Below, piece after piece: positions 24,065 through 34,014 of a stretch of DNA of 64,000 bases. The stretch is taken from positions 1-64,000 of IMG/VR virus record IMGVR_UViG_3300023179_000026; one strand, written 5' to 3'. Numbering within the stretch: position 1 is the stretch's first letter; each line of letters opens with the position of its first letter. The DNA is from a virus. The translations under genes and the position numbers were made by a program. The notes under the pieces were generated by a model. The model searched no databases. It saw nothing but the letters and a program-made list of their open reading frames with translations, and was not told where the DNA came from.

Positions 24065-25309
24065 ATGAACTTTAATCAAGATACAAACTATTATCTTAGA
24101 ACGGACATTGATCGTTATTTTGAATCAAAAGGTATTCATGTTGTTTACAATTCATTGGGTGCAAATGAATATTTAATGCGTTCTTTTATCAAAGATTATA
24201 GACCAATCGTAAATAGAGCAAAAGACACAATGTCTAATCATGTAAAGTATGATATTTACCAAACTATGTATCCTGTAGAAAAAAGGAAAAAACTTACAGG
24301 ATTTGAAAAAGTTAAACAATTAGATGCTGAAAAAAGGTTTAATTTAACTCAACTTATCAAAACAAACATGTTCTCTCCAAGTAAAATACAAAATTTCCGT
24401 GAAGATAAAGAAGTAAAAAACCTAAGTTACAAACAAAACTTATATAATACCGTTAAAAAATATGATGCACCATTTGTATACTTAAGTGGTGGCGCAGATA
24501 GCGAAATGCTTGCTTATTCATTATTGGATGCAGGTGTCAAGTTCAAACCTGTCATTTTTCAATTAATCTATAATAACGAGTGTATTAACTTTGAAGAAAT
24601 CAAATATGCTTTTAAGTTTTGTCATAAAGAAAAACTTATACCTATTGTTAAAGATTTAAACATAAATGAATATTGGAACTCAGTGGGTTTTGTCGAATTA
24701 GCAATGAATATACAACGCACAAGCCCACAAATTGTAACACATGCGCACATGGTCGAACTAATGGATTATGAATATCCAAATCGTACTCATTTATTTGGTG
24801 GAGAAGTAAGGTATCAAACCAACCATATTTTACCGAATGATGATGAAAAACACTATTTGATTTATTTGGATAAAATGCCTTGGTTACAAAGTGGAGCCAC
24901 ATTATCATTGTTATGGGAATCAGTAAATCCCGCACCTGCAGGTACAGTAGTTTGTCAAATATTATGGAATAAGTATTCAACCTATGCACAAGCAAATAAA
25001 CCTGACCCAGGCAACACATCAGGAACCTTTCCATGGGCGGTTGCTCCAATAAGTAGTCCTGATTGGTATTACCAATTTGCTGCTGCTAATCCTATAGATG
25101 TACAAGGAGCGGGTAGTGGAACCTTCCCAGGCACCACAGGATACATTACGGTAAGTAGTAGTTTTGATGTAATCCAAACAGTATATTGTCAAGGTGGTAT
25201 TTCAGGTGCAATTTCACAATATGAATATACTATGAATGTTTTTGGTAATCTTAGTTCATTTACTATTGGTTCAGTAACCTTTCAATTACGTGCTAGAAAT
25301 ACTTTTTAA
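24065..25309 (+). CDS. PP-loop ATP-dependent ligase (asparagine synthase-like) with variable C-terminal domain, paralog 1
   Basis: LSGGADSE, FGGE motifs; Gly/Ser/Thr-rich tail after YLDK. Confidence 0.65.
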   Translation: MNFNQDTNYYLRTDIDRYFESKGIHVVYNSLGANEYLMRSFIKDYRPIVNRAKDTMSNHVKYDIYQTMYPVEKRKKLTGFEKVKQLDAEKRFNLTQLIKTNMFSPSKIQNFREDKEVKNLSYKQNLYNTVKKYDAPFVYLSGGADSEMLAYSLLDAGVKFKPVIFQLIYNNECINFEEIKYAFKFCHKEKLIPIVKDLNINEYWNSVGFVELAMNIQRTSPQIVTHAHMVELMDYEYPNRTHLFGGEVRYQTNHILPNDDEKHYLIYLDKMPWLQSGATLSLLWESVNPAPAGTVVCQILWNKYSTYAQANKPDPGNTSGTFPWAVAPISSPDWYYQFAAANPIDVQGAGSGTFPGTTGYITVSSSFDVIQTVYCQGGISGAISQYEYTMNVFGNLSSFTIGSVTFQLRARNTF

Positions 25310-25310
25310 T

Positions 25311-26543
25311 ATGCTTTTTAAACACGAACCCAATTATTACCTTAAGACTGATATAGATCGTTACTTTGAAAGTAAGGGTGTACATGTTATATATAATGGT
25401 TTAATGGCTAATGAATTATTGATGAGAGTTTATGTAAATGATTTTCATCATATGGTTGAACGTGCAGACCAATATTGGTCACACTTTGACAAAAACACTA
25501 TATATCAAACAATGTATTCTGTTAAAAATAGAAAAAAATTAACAGGTTTTGAAAAAGTATCAAAGCTAGATGCCGCAAAAAGGTTTGAGTTAAGACAAAT
25601 TGTAAAAAGAGGAATATTTACGCCTTGTAAAATACAAAATCATAAAGAAAATGTTTGGGTAAAAAACTGCAGCTATAAAGACACACTTAAAAATTCAGTA
25701 AAATCATTAGACAATCCATTCTTGTATTTGAGCGGTGGTTCAGATAGTGAACTTTTAGCCTATGCATTTCTTGATGCAGGAGTAAAATTTACACCTGTTA
25801 TCTTTAAATTAATTTATAACAACGAATGTATCAACCATGATGAAATAAAATATGCTTTTGATTTTTGTTCACAACAAAAACTTATACCTGTTACAAGAAT
25901 AATTAACATCAATGAATTATGGAACTCAAATCATTTTACTCAATTAGCCGTTGATTGTAATTTGTTTAGTCCGCAATTATTAACTCATGCTCATATGGTT
26001 GAGATAATAAACTATGAATTTCCATACCGTTCTCACATATTTGGTGGTGAAGTGAAATATTCAACAAGACATGTTTACTATGATGACGATGAATATCAAA
26101 ATATCATACATTTAGATAAAGCAGGATTTTTATTAGCTAATCAAGATTTTGGATTGTTGTGGGCATCCTATGGTGGTCCAGGCGGTGGCTCTAATTTTTG
26201 TGTTAACTATTGGAACACATATACAACTTATGCAAACTCAAGATATCAAGGAGCATCAGGTGCTTTTTCTTGGACAGATGGCGGTCCAATGTCAGGAACA
26301 TGGTTTGTTGGGGTAAGCAGTGTATCAGCAGTTATTCAAACTAATTCACTATGTATATATGGGGCATCGGGTTATACAGCAGTGGGTGGTGGTTATTCTT
26401 TTATATGCAGTGCAGTGATTATTGACGGGAACGCCCCAGGCCTTACCTCCCAATGGAATTTTGGCATAAACGTTTATGGCAGTAACAGTCCAGGCATCGT
26501 TGGTGGACTTTCTGCACAATTTGCAGCAGGAAATACTTTTTAA
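25311..26543 (+). CDS. PP-loop ATP-dependent ligase, paralog 2
   Basis: LSGGSDSE, FGGE; colinear with paralog 1 up to HLDK, then divergent; start revised. Confidence 0.65.
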   Translation: MLFKHEPNYYLKTDIDRYFESKGVHVIYNGLMANELLMRVYVNDFHHMVERADQYWSHFDKNTIYQTMYSVKNRKKLTGFEKVSKLDAAKRFELRQIVKRGIFTPCKIQNHKENVWVKNCSYKDTLKNSVKSLDNPFLYLSGGSDSELLAYAFLDAGVKFTPVIFKLIYNNECINHDEIKYAFDFCSQQKLIPVTRIININELWNSNHFTQLAVDCNLFSPQLLTHAHMVEIINYEFPYRSHIFGGEVKYSTRHVYYDDDEYQNIIHLDKAGFLLANQDFGLLWASYGGPGGGSNFCVNYWNTYTTYANSRYQGASGAFSWTDGGPMSGTWFVGVSSVSAVIQTNSLCIYGASGYTAVGGGYSFICSAVIIDGNAPGLTSQWNFGINVYGSNSPGIVGGLSAQFAAGNTF

Positions 26544-26546
26544 AAT

Positions 26547-27014
26547 ATGGAAACAAGTAACTTTTCACATCAATTTATTACAGGTTTTGAAGAAACCGAT
26601 CTTTTACTTTCAACAAAAGAGCTTGAGTTGTATCTAAAACTTTTAAATGATGTAAAAACTAGAGCAGAAAATACTTTTAATAACAGAACTAACCATCAAT
26701 ATACTACCCCACCTTTACCTACATTAGAAGCTTTGCAAACACTAGCAGCTACTACCGTTAAAGAGTATTACAAAAAAGGTAACCTTTTAAATTATAATAA
26801 ACTTGTTGATGATATTGTTGCTGAAGCTAACAGAAAAATAGATAACCAAGAATATTGCATGGTAGGCACAGAAGAATGGACATATAGAGAAAATTATTTT
26901 AAAGCATGGGAAGATTTTAATAATTCGTGGCCTGATGCAACAGAAATTGAAATTAGAGAACAAGAAAAATCACTTTACCAACACTTACTTGACAACGATG
27001 ATTTATCTAATTGA
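26547..27014 (+). CDS. Hypothetical protein
   Basis: 155-aa ORF in the same operon. Confidence 0.6.
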   Translation: METSNFSHQFITGFEETDLLLSTKELELYLKLLNDVKTRAENTFNNRTNHQYTTPPLPTLEALQTLAATTVKEYYKKGNLLNYNKLVDDIVAEANRKIDNQEYCMVGTEEWTYRENYFKAWEDFNNSWPDATEIEIREQEKSLYQHLLDNDDLSN

Positions 27015-27576
27015 TACTAATAACATATTCAATACGCATAGTAGTACGCTAGCTAAAATCATAAAACATCATACTGCTGAAAACATTGAAAATATAAGCA
27101 TTCCTGACGCAGCAAGCATTAATGAACTAATAAATATCATAGAACCATTATTAAGCAAAGTCACACCAAGTGATGTTGTATTAGCAGCATGGGCAGTTCC
27201 TGCTCATCCTAAATTAGATGAATTGTTTTCTACTCTAGGGCAATTATGTTATGTTGTTGTAGCAGCAGGTAATACAGGTGAACCTGTGGAAAAATATTCT
27301 CCATCTAGGGCAGATAATGTAACTTGTATTGGCTGTTTGAATAAGCTTGGGGTAAAAGCAAGCTTAAGTAATTTTAGTGAAATGCTTGAGCTAACATGGG
27401 TTTGTGGTACTAACTACTATGTTGATGGTGCACCACATAATGGCACTAGTGTAAGCGCAGCAATTTATACAGGCATGTTAGCTGAAGCAATTAGAAAAAA
27501 TGATATATCGCATCTATTTAATAGTATAGCAAAATACCATACTAAAGTATATAATGAAATTAATCATAAGGTTTAA
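26998..27576 (+). CDS. Minimal subtilisin-like (S8) serine peptidase
   Basis: YLIDT (Asp), NTHSS (His), VVAAGN (oxyanion Asn), NGTSVSA (Ser). Confidence 0.7.
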   Translation: MIYLIDTNNIFNTHSSTLAKIIKHHTAENIENISIPDAASINELINIIEPLLSKVTPSDVVLAAWAVPAHPKLDELFSTLGQLCYVVVAAGNTGEPVEKYSPSRADNVTCIGCLNKLGVKASLSNFSEMLELTWVCGTNYYVDGAPHNGTSVSAAIYTGMLAEAIRKNDISHLFNSIAKYHTKVYNEINHKV

Positions 27577-27934
27577 TTATCCAACCTAATTTAATAAAAT
27601 CTTCACGTACTTCTTCGGTAACTAAACCTTCTTCAACATAATTACGTAGTGGCAAGTCTTCTTCTAAATCATAGCTTAAGCCACTACAATAATAATCAAT
27701 ATAATCTTCGTTTCGATTGCGTAGTTTTGCGATAATTTCTCCTGATACTCTCCAACTTGCTGTCCAACAATCTTCAGTAAGGATTGCCAAACTATCATCT
27801 GACTTAAAAAAACGATTATTACAAATAGCTGCATAAACATTTTGCGCATATGCTTTATCTTGTAGTTTTTCTAAAAACCACGCAGCATTGGCTATATCTT
27901 TAGGCACACTGTAATTATCAGGATCAATTTTCAT
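27560..27934 (-). CDS. Hypothetical protein
   Basis: 124-aa ORF. Confidence 0.65.
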   Translation of the reverse strand: MKIDPDNYSVPKDIANAAWFLEKLQDKAYAQNVYAAICNNRFFKSDDSLAILTEDCWTASWRVSGEIIAKLRNRNEDYIDYYCSGLSYDLEEDLPLRNYVEEGLVTEEVREDFIKLGWIIKPYD

Positions 27935-28143
27935 TTTTTAGACATGTCTAGTTTTAACAATCCTAAAGCCCACATAAAAATAGATACTGCCACCCAATTT
28001 TCAAAAGTGTATTCTATAAAATGCAATTTAGAAAAAAGTACGTTCCATGCCCATACTAAAGCAAAGGGTGAGCCAATAATAATAAAAGCAATGAATAGCA
28101 ACCCTAGTATACCTATAATTACGTCCAAATTAAATTTTTTCAT
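27931..28143 (-). CDS. Small membrane protein
   Basis: Two hydrophobic segments; next to the cell-wall hydrolase. Confidence 0.55.
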   Translation of the reverse strand: MKKFNLDVIIGILGLLFIAFIIIGSPFALVWAWNVLFSKLHFIEYTFENWVAVSIFMWALGLLKLDMSKK

Positions 28144-28144
28144 G

Positions 28145-28777
28145 TTATGTCTCCTTAGCGGTGCTATTCTCAACTTCTTTCTCCTTACCTTTCATGTAGA
28201 AGATATGATTGCCTATACGCTTAAGTTTTTTGTAAGTCCATTGTGGATTGACATAAACTGCATGAAAATACAACACATTATTGGGTATCATATCATGACC
28301 ATAATTTTCTAGCAATACTTTACGAGCGATTTCCTCTGCGTTTTTGTATTGAGAATTATTAGTATTTGGCGTAGGTTTATTTTCACATACCCAACTAAAC
28401 TGACATAACTTTTTAAATATGTTAGGTTCATTAGGATCAGGCACTTGATGTTGTGCATAAACAACTTTACATGGAGTATTACCAAACCCATGTAACATAC
28501 GATTAACTACTACTCTTGCCACTGCAACTTGACCCATGTATGGTTCATTAGCAGCTTCATAGTAAATATTAGTGGCTAAACATTTAATTTGATCTGCACT
28601 AAATTGTTTTACTACAGGTGTTTCTTTAACTACTTCCGTTACTTCTTTAATTGTTTCCACGACAGAAACAACAGACTCATCAACGATTGCTACGTTGAAT
28701 TTAGGTTGATACATATGAAGCATAATTGCTAAAGGTATCAATAAGGAAATTAGTCTTATATTGCTTAACTTAAGCAT
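28145..28777 (-). CDS. SleB-like cell wall hydrolase (Hydrolase_2)
   Basis: CLATNIYYEA..EP..GQVAVA.VV.NR...CQFSW...YFHA...IGNHIFY. Confidence 0.9.
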   Translation of the reverse strand: MLKLSNIRLISLLIPLAIMLHMYQPKFNVAIVDESVVSVVETIKEVTEVVKETPVVKQFSADQIKCLATNIYYEAANEPYMGQVAVARVVVNRMLHGFGNTPCKVVYAQHQVPDPNEPNIFKKLCQFSWVCENKPTPNTNNSQYKNAEEIARKVLLENYGHDMIPNNVLYFHAVYVNPQWTYKKLKRIGNHIFYMKGKEKEVENSTAKET

Positions 28778-28832
28778 TTATATACTCCTTTCTTATAGAA
28801 CCTAGATAAACTAGGATTATACTACTTGTGGA

Positions 28833-31229
28833 TTAAAATATCCAACACTCACAATTACAAATTGTGACATCATCAATAGCTTCTTGTGGTGTAAAGCTTG
28901 ATGATGGTGAACTAACCAACGGTTGTGGAACCGTATTGATATTATCCAAGTTCGGTAATACACCTGCTACTTGTGGGTAACCATTACGGTCAGGTGTAGG
29001 TGGATCCTGTACAACTAAGTCTACAGGGTCGCTGAGGTTGGAGCCTGGGTTATCAATGTTCAAGTTGGTGACTGCGGCACCTGGGTTTTGTAGTCCTCCT
29101 GTTTCGTTGTTAATTGGGTCTCCAACTTGTATCATGGTGGGATTTAGTACAGGTGCAATACCATTAGGAGGTAATACACCATTGACATATACTTTAGGTG
29201 GGTTTGCAGCATCATACCCACTTCCAATATTAGTCATATTAACACTTGTAATTTTACCATTAGTAACAATCGCAGTAGCACTAGCTGTTGGAGTAGCTAA
29301 TGTGTTACTAACGTCATTATCAAGTGTACCACCAATCAACGCAAGTCTATTGGCATTACGTGCTTCACGCATTAAACCAATAATACTTTGTCCTGTTAAA
29401 TTGTCTGTATCTGCAATTAATTCAATCGATCTAGAAATTTCTTTATAATCTGTCTCTACTGCCCATGTCTCTAGCTTACGCACAAAATCATAAATTTCAG
29501 TACGATTTGTATCTTCCGTAATTTGTGTTGGTGATGTTGCACTAAACACAATAGCACGTTGTTCAACTGATAACTGTGCTCCTAAAGTATTCCACCAAAA
29601 ATTTAATTGATTAGCATCTACTGCATTAGCTGAAACAATGGCTGCAATCTCAGCGTTAGCAGCATCAATATAACCTTGTAAAACAGAATTGTCAAGGTAG
29701 CCTGGGTCGCCTGGGCTGAGTTGTGTCCAATTCCACATGTTTAAATAAGCTGTTGCTAAGGTTGGTGTAGCTAATTTTTCTAATAATGGAGCAATATTTG
29801 CCCATAGTGCATTATATTGATCACCACTCATTGCCCCAACAAAATCTACGTAACAATAGGTATTACTATTACCACTGCCTAAAGCAATTAATGCTAAGGC
29901 ATCGTTTGCTGCCTCCCTCGACCCAGGCACCCCCTCATCATTATTAATAAGTGGTAAATCCTTGTTGGTAACTTCAAGCTGTAGAACAACTTGCGCAAAT
30001 TTTTGAAAAGGCATTTGGCGAATGTTTTTAATTTGTTGCATAGTAAAAGCAAAAGCACCCGCAGGTATTGCAATATCAGATGGTATAGAATTACCAAGAT
30101 ATGCACTGTGATTAGCTATACGATTGTTTACACCACCATTAACATAGATAAAATCATAAATTTTTACTGAAATAGTATCAGTGCTCCAACGTGGCACAGT
30201 TATCGTATTATAAGAATTTGGAAACATTTTTCTAACATTTATTAAATCAGCCAATGTTTCTAACTCTTTTGTTTGACAATTTGTAATAGTTTTAATTTCT
30301 TCTAAATCAACACCTTTGATTAATAATAAAGCATCATATATTTTTCTACGTTGTTCGTCAGTCGCAGGAGTTTTACTAATTAAGATATTGTTCATTTCTT
30401 CAGTAGTTAAACCTTGCGCTAATAAAGCCAATTTCAAAGCATCTGTTAATGCGTTAGCAGTTTGTAACTGTAATAAAAACTTGTCTGTTTGACCAAAAAA
30501 TTCTATATCTGCTAAGTTTACTGTATTACCTAAAGCAATTAAATCATTACCAAAATACTTAAATGCTAAGCTTAATCCTGCAATATCTGCTGAAGTTAAA
30601 TCATTGATATTACTATACGCATTATCAAGAAATCCTTTAGTGTTTTTAAAACTAGCAATAATTTCGTTAGTTTGGTCACGCCAACTTTTATGTTGATTTA
30701 AGCTACGAATCAAGCGTAGGTAGTGATTACCACTTGGCAAGTTCCAATATTCATAATATGCTTGTCTAGCAAATAATGCGGTAAATCCTTGACTAAAGTA
30801 TGTATCACCATCTACTGTATTACGTTGTGCTGTGCTGTAAGTAGTAGCATTCCAACCTGAAATGTAATACCATGTTGGTTCACCTGAATAATTGCCTGGG
30901 TACCCTGCGGGTGGGTACGGATCACTTGCTCCTGCATAAGTTTGTACAAAGGTTGCAGGTCTACTATTACCTAATGGTGGGCATACACCATTTCCAATAG
31001 CAATTGCATTACGATAGGTTGCGGTATTAGCTATTGTAAAAATTAAAGGTAAAGCACGTGTTAAATTATATAATACTGAATTATTTGTAATAGAACCTGC
31101 GGTATACCCTGAAGGTGTCCATGTTCCCTGAAATGCTGAAACTGTAGGGTTAATACGTAAACCTTCATTACGCATCAACCCACTCAGAGCATTTAGCTGT
31201 AGCGGAGTAAATTTACCTGATAAACTCAT
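28833..31229 (-). CDS. Large virion/baseplate-associated protein (putative)
   Basis: 798 aa next to PAAR; contains an ATAIVTNGKITSVNMTNIGSGY structural-protein motif. Confidence 0.5.
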   Translation of the reverse strand: MSLSGKFTPLQLNALSGLMRNEGLRINPTVSAFQGTWTPSGYTAGSITNNSVLYNLTRALPLIFTIANTATYRNAIAIGNGVCPPLGNSRPATFVQTYAGASDPYPPAGYPGNYSGEPTWYYISGWNATTYSTAQRNTVDGDTYFSQGFTALFARQAYYEYWNLPSGNHYLRLIRSLNQHKSWRDQTNEIIASFKNTKGFLDNAYSNINDLTSADIAGLSLAFKYFGNDLIALGNTVNLADIEFFGQTDKFLLQLQTANALTDALKLALLAQGLTTEEMNNILISKTPATDEQRRKIYDALLLIKGVDLEEIKTITNCQTKELETLADLINVRKMFPNSYNTITVPRWSTDTISVKIYDFIYVNGGVNNRIANHSAYLGNSIPSDIAIPAGAFAFTMQQIKNIRQMPFQKFAQVVLQLEVTNKDLPLINNDEGVPGSREAANDALALIALGSGNSNTYCYVDFVGAMSGDQYNALWANIAPLLEKLATPTLATAYLNMWNWTQLSPGDPGYLDNSVLQGYIDAANAEIAAIVSANAVDANQLNFWWNTLGAQLSVEQRAIVFSATSPTQITEDTNRTEIYDFVRKLETWAVETDYKEISRSIELIADTDNLTGQSIIGLMREARNANRLALIGGTLDNDVSNTLATPTASATAIVTNGKITSVNMTNIGSGYDAANPPKVYVNGVLPPNGIAPVLNPTMIQVGDPINNETGGLQNPGAAVTNLNIDNPGSNLSDPVDLVVQDPPTPDRNGYPQVAGVLPNLDNINTVPQPLVSSPSSSFTPQEAIDDVTICNCECWIF

Positions 31230-31495
31230 GGCACAAATACATTATCGCTACCTTGTACAATGCTATGACCACAACTGTTTCCACTACCTTCTTTTAAAAC
31301 AGGTGAACCTTCACAAATTACAGTTTCACTAGCAGAGGTGGTGACTGCATTTTTATGCTTATTACCTTTTGGGTGTGGAGAAATTTGGCTAACGTGCAAT
31401 CCTACAGGTTTTCCATTGCAGGAAACATTTTGTGCACCACGCAAAATACTACCACCCATTTGGTTTTGATCACCTTTTCTACTAAGTTTTGGCAT
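31226..31495 (-). CDS. PAAR-type spike tip protein
   Basis: LSRKGD..G...V..NGKPV...H...H...CGH...GSDNV. Confidence 0.85.
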   Translation of the reverse strand: MPKLSRKGDQNQMGGSILRGAQNVSCNGKPVGLHVSQISPHPKGNKHKNAVTTSASETVICEGSPVLKEGSGNSCGHSIVQGSDNVFVP

Positions 31496-31501
31496 GCAAT
31501 A

Positions 31502-31807
31502 CTATCCTAAAATTACCTTTTTTTGTGTTGGGGTAGCAATACCTGTTGTTGCCTCAATATATTTTACCCTAATATTATCATCCGTAACACCATAAACTGC
31601 TACATTATCTATATTTATGACCAAATTTTTGCCATGATCTGCGGTGAATAAGCTTGGGACTAGTCCCATGCCTTGCGGCCCAGGTGCCACGCTCACAGGC
31701 TGTGTAACACTTACTTTACCATTCACTACTTCAACAACTTTGGCAACCATTTCTTCACCACTATTCATTTTAAAACTATAAACTTCATTGATTTCTAAAT
31801 TATTCAC
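31502..31807 (-). CDS. Hypothetical Sm-like protein
   Basis: FKMNSGEEMVAKV N-terminus. Confidence 0.55.
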   Translation of the reverse strand: MNNLEINEVYSFKMNSGEEMVAKVVEVVNGKVSVTQPVSVAPGPQGMGLVPSLFTADHGKNLVINIDNVAVYGVTDDNIRVKYIEATTGIATPTQKKVILG

Positions 31808-32025
31808 ATTAACCTCTTTTTAAGTTCTTCGAAACCACCAACATATTCCTCACCTATAAATATTTGAGGAACAGTACGAGCATTAGGTACTACTTCTAAT
31901 AACTCTTCTTTTGTCCAACCATCACCAATTTTACGTTCTTCAAATTCATATCCTTTTTGTCTTAACAAATTTTTTGCTTGGTCGCAAAAAGGACAATGAT
32001 ACTTACTCCATACAATTGCTTTCAT
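31804..32025 (-). CDS. grx: Glutaredoxin
   Basis: CPFC, TVPQIFI, VGGFE. Confidence 0.92.
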   Translation of the reverse strand: MKAIVWSKYHCPFCDQAKNLLRQKGYEFEERKIGDGWTKEELLEVVPNARTVPQIFIGEEYVGGFEELKKRLM

Positions 32026-32048
32026 TTATTTTCCTTTGTTATATAGTA

Positions 32049-33155
32049 TTAAAGCTGTGGTAGTAATTCTTTTTCCACTGTGTCACTCATCACACCAATA
32101 ACGTAACTTGTACTTTCTGTTTCTTGTAATGCAGCTTGTTTCTTGTTTACGTTAAGATGTTTGTTAAACCATGGTATGGGATTACTCTTAGGATGACTAC
32201 CATGATATTTAATACCAATATCACGTAGTTTACTATATGCAGTGTAATCAACAAATTCTTTTAGAATTTCTGCATTCAACCCAATGACAGGACCTTTCTT
32301 AAACAAGTAATCTGCCCATGCTTTTTCTTCACGTATAACATCTTCATACAATGCATATACTTCTTGTTCACATTCAACTTTAGCTTGTGCAAAACGTGCA
32401 TCTTCTTTAACAACTTGATTAATCATCCATGCTGTCCATTCAGTATGTAATAATTCATCTTGCAATATTAAACTAATAATATTACCATTACCAATAAAGA
32501 TTTTGTTTTCTACCATTGCTAAACTAGTTGCAAATGACACCATAAAACGAAATGCTTCTAATGCATAACTTGCATTAAGTGCTAACCAAATTGCTTTGAT
32601 ATGTGTTGATTCAAGGAAAGGAATAAAAGGAGCTTCGGAAGTTTCTTTCAAACAATTTAATCTGTGTAGCTCATCGTAATATTTCCCAACACTACTTGCC
32701 ATGTCAATAATTTCTTGTGTATCGTGAATGGTATTAAACACATCTTTTGGCACACCGTAAATGTTACGTATAATATGACTATAGCTTTTACTATGAATGT
32801 TGGTTTCAAAGAATGACCAATTATTTACCAATGCTTCTAACTCAGGTAAGCTTACCACAGGAGTAAACACTTGTGATGGAGCACGACCTTGTATACTATC
32901 TAGTGCAGTTTGACGCAACAGATTACTAGTAAAGATGTGTTTAATTGCTTCGCTAGCATCTTTCATATCCATTTTGTCTTTGGTTAGTGTAACTTCTTCG
33001 GGTACCCAAAAAAAACCACGTGCGGTTTCTTCAAACTTGGCAATTTTTGGGTATTTTACTTCTTCAAATCGTTGCACCGTAATTGCACCATCTAAAAACA
33101 TGTGACGGTTTAAATAATCAACTTTAGTTGCTAAATTATATTGTTCTTTGCTCAT
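32049..33155 (-). CDS. nrdB: Ribonucleotide reductase class Ia beta subunit
   Basis: FWVPEEV, LDSIQ, ETNIHSKSY, LEAFRF, DELLH. Confidence 0.95.
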   Translation of the reverse strand: MSKEQYNLATKVDYLNRHMFLDGAITVQRFEEVKYPKIAKFEETARGFFWVPEEVTLTKDKMDMKDASEAIKHIFTSNLLRQTALDSIQGRAPSQVFTPVVSLPELEALVNNWSFFETNIHSKSYSHIIRNIYGVPKDVFNTIHDTQEIIDMASSVGKYYDELHRLNCLKETSEAPFIPFLESTHIKAIWLALNASYALEAFRFMVSFATSLAMVENKIFIGNGNIISLILQDELLHTEWTAWMINQVVKEDARFAQAKVECEQEVYALYEDVIREEKAWADYLFKKGPVIGLNAEILKEFVDYTAYSKLRDIGIKYHGSHPKSNPIPWFNKHLNVNKKQAALQETESTSYVIGVMSDTVEKELLPQL

Positions 33156-33811
33156 CTTTCAATCCATTGTTTTGCTTTATTATGTACACCACTTGCTAAC
33201 ACTATTTTACATATGTGTTCTAATCGCTCAATATGCTCAAATGCTCTCCATGGTGTAGAATCTACTGCAACTACACCATGTCCCTTAATACCTACAATAT
33301 CATACTTTATAAAACCACCATCAGTTAAACCAAAAGCAGCATGACATGCATCACCTAATTCTTGTGAAATAGGAGCTACATCACCAACATTAGGAGCAAC
33401 TTTAGTGTAACGACTTAATTCAGGAAAATCCTTGACTAAATTTTGTAACACAATACCTGCATGCATGGCTGCAATGGTATAAGTTGGATGTACATGCACT
33501 ACAACACGAATATCATCTGCATGTTGCCCTAATTCTTTCTGTAAACCAAAATGTAAAGGTAATTCCCCACTTGGTTTAAGATTACCACTTATGTCATCTT
33601 GGTTAATAACTTCAGGGTATAATTTGGTACCATCACGAACAATACGTATTTTTTTAAACATATCGTACTGCATTTTTTGTTTACGTACCCCACTAGGCGT
33701 TATATAAAAATGATTACGATCATGATAACGAATGCTAATGTTACCATCTCTACTTGTAATCCAATTTCTATGATAAGCTTCTACTAATATATCACAACAC
33801 GTTTCTAACAT
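33152..33811 (-). CDS. Class II aldolase/adducin family protein
   Basis: DGNISIR..ITPSG...PSGE.PLH..VVHVHP...GHG. Confidence 0.88.
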   Translation of the reverse strand: MLETCCDILVEAYHRNWITSRDGNISIRYHDRNHFYITPSGVRKQKMQYDMFKKIRIVRDGTKLYPEVINQDDISGNLKPSGELPLHFGLQKELGQHADDIRVVVHVHPTYTIAAMHAGIVLQNLVKDFPELSRYTKVAPNVGDVAPISQELGDACHAAFGLTDGGFIKYDIVGIKGHGVVAVDSTPWRAFEHIERLEHICKIVLASGVHNKAKQWIER

Positions 33812-34014
33812 TATTTTGTATAATCCACTGTCTGTGTAATTCTTATAACATTTAATTTTGGGGCACTGCTCAAACCATTATTATGATCATAATGTAATAT
33901 AACATCTACCCCATATGTATTGTGCAATTTAGCAATCAAACTGTTTATATCATCAATTTCGCTCTTTAATTGCACAACCAATCCCTCTACTGCTGCTTCT
34001 TTCATAATACGCAA
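33811..34014 (-). CDS. Hypothetical protein
   Basis: 67-aa ORF coupled to nrdA. Confidence 0.55.
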   Translation of the reverse strand: MRIMKEAAVEGLVVQLKSEIDDINSLIAKLHNTYGVDVILHYDHNNGLSSAPKLNVIRITQTVDYTK

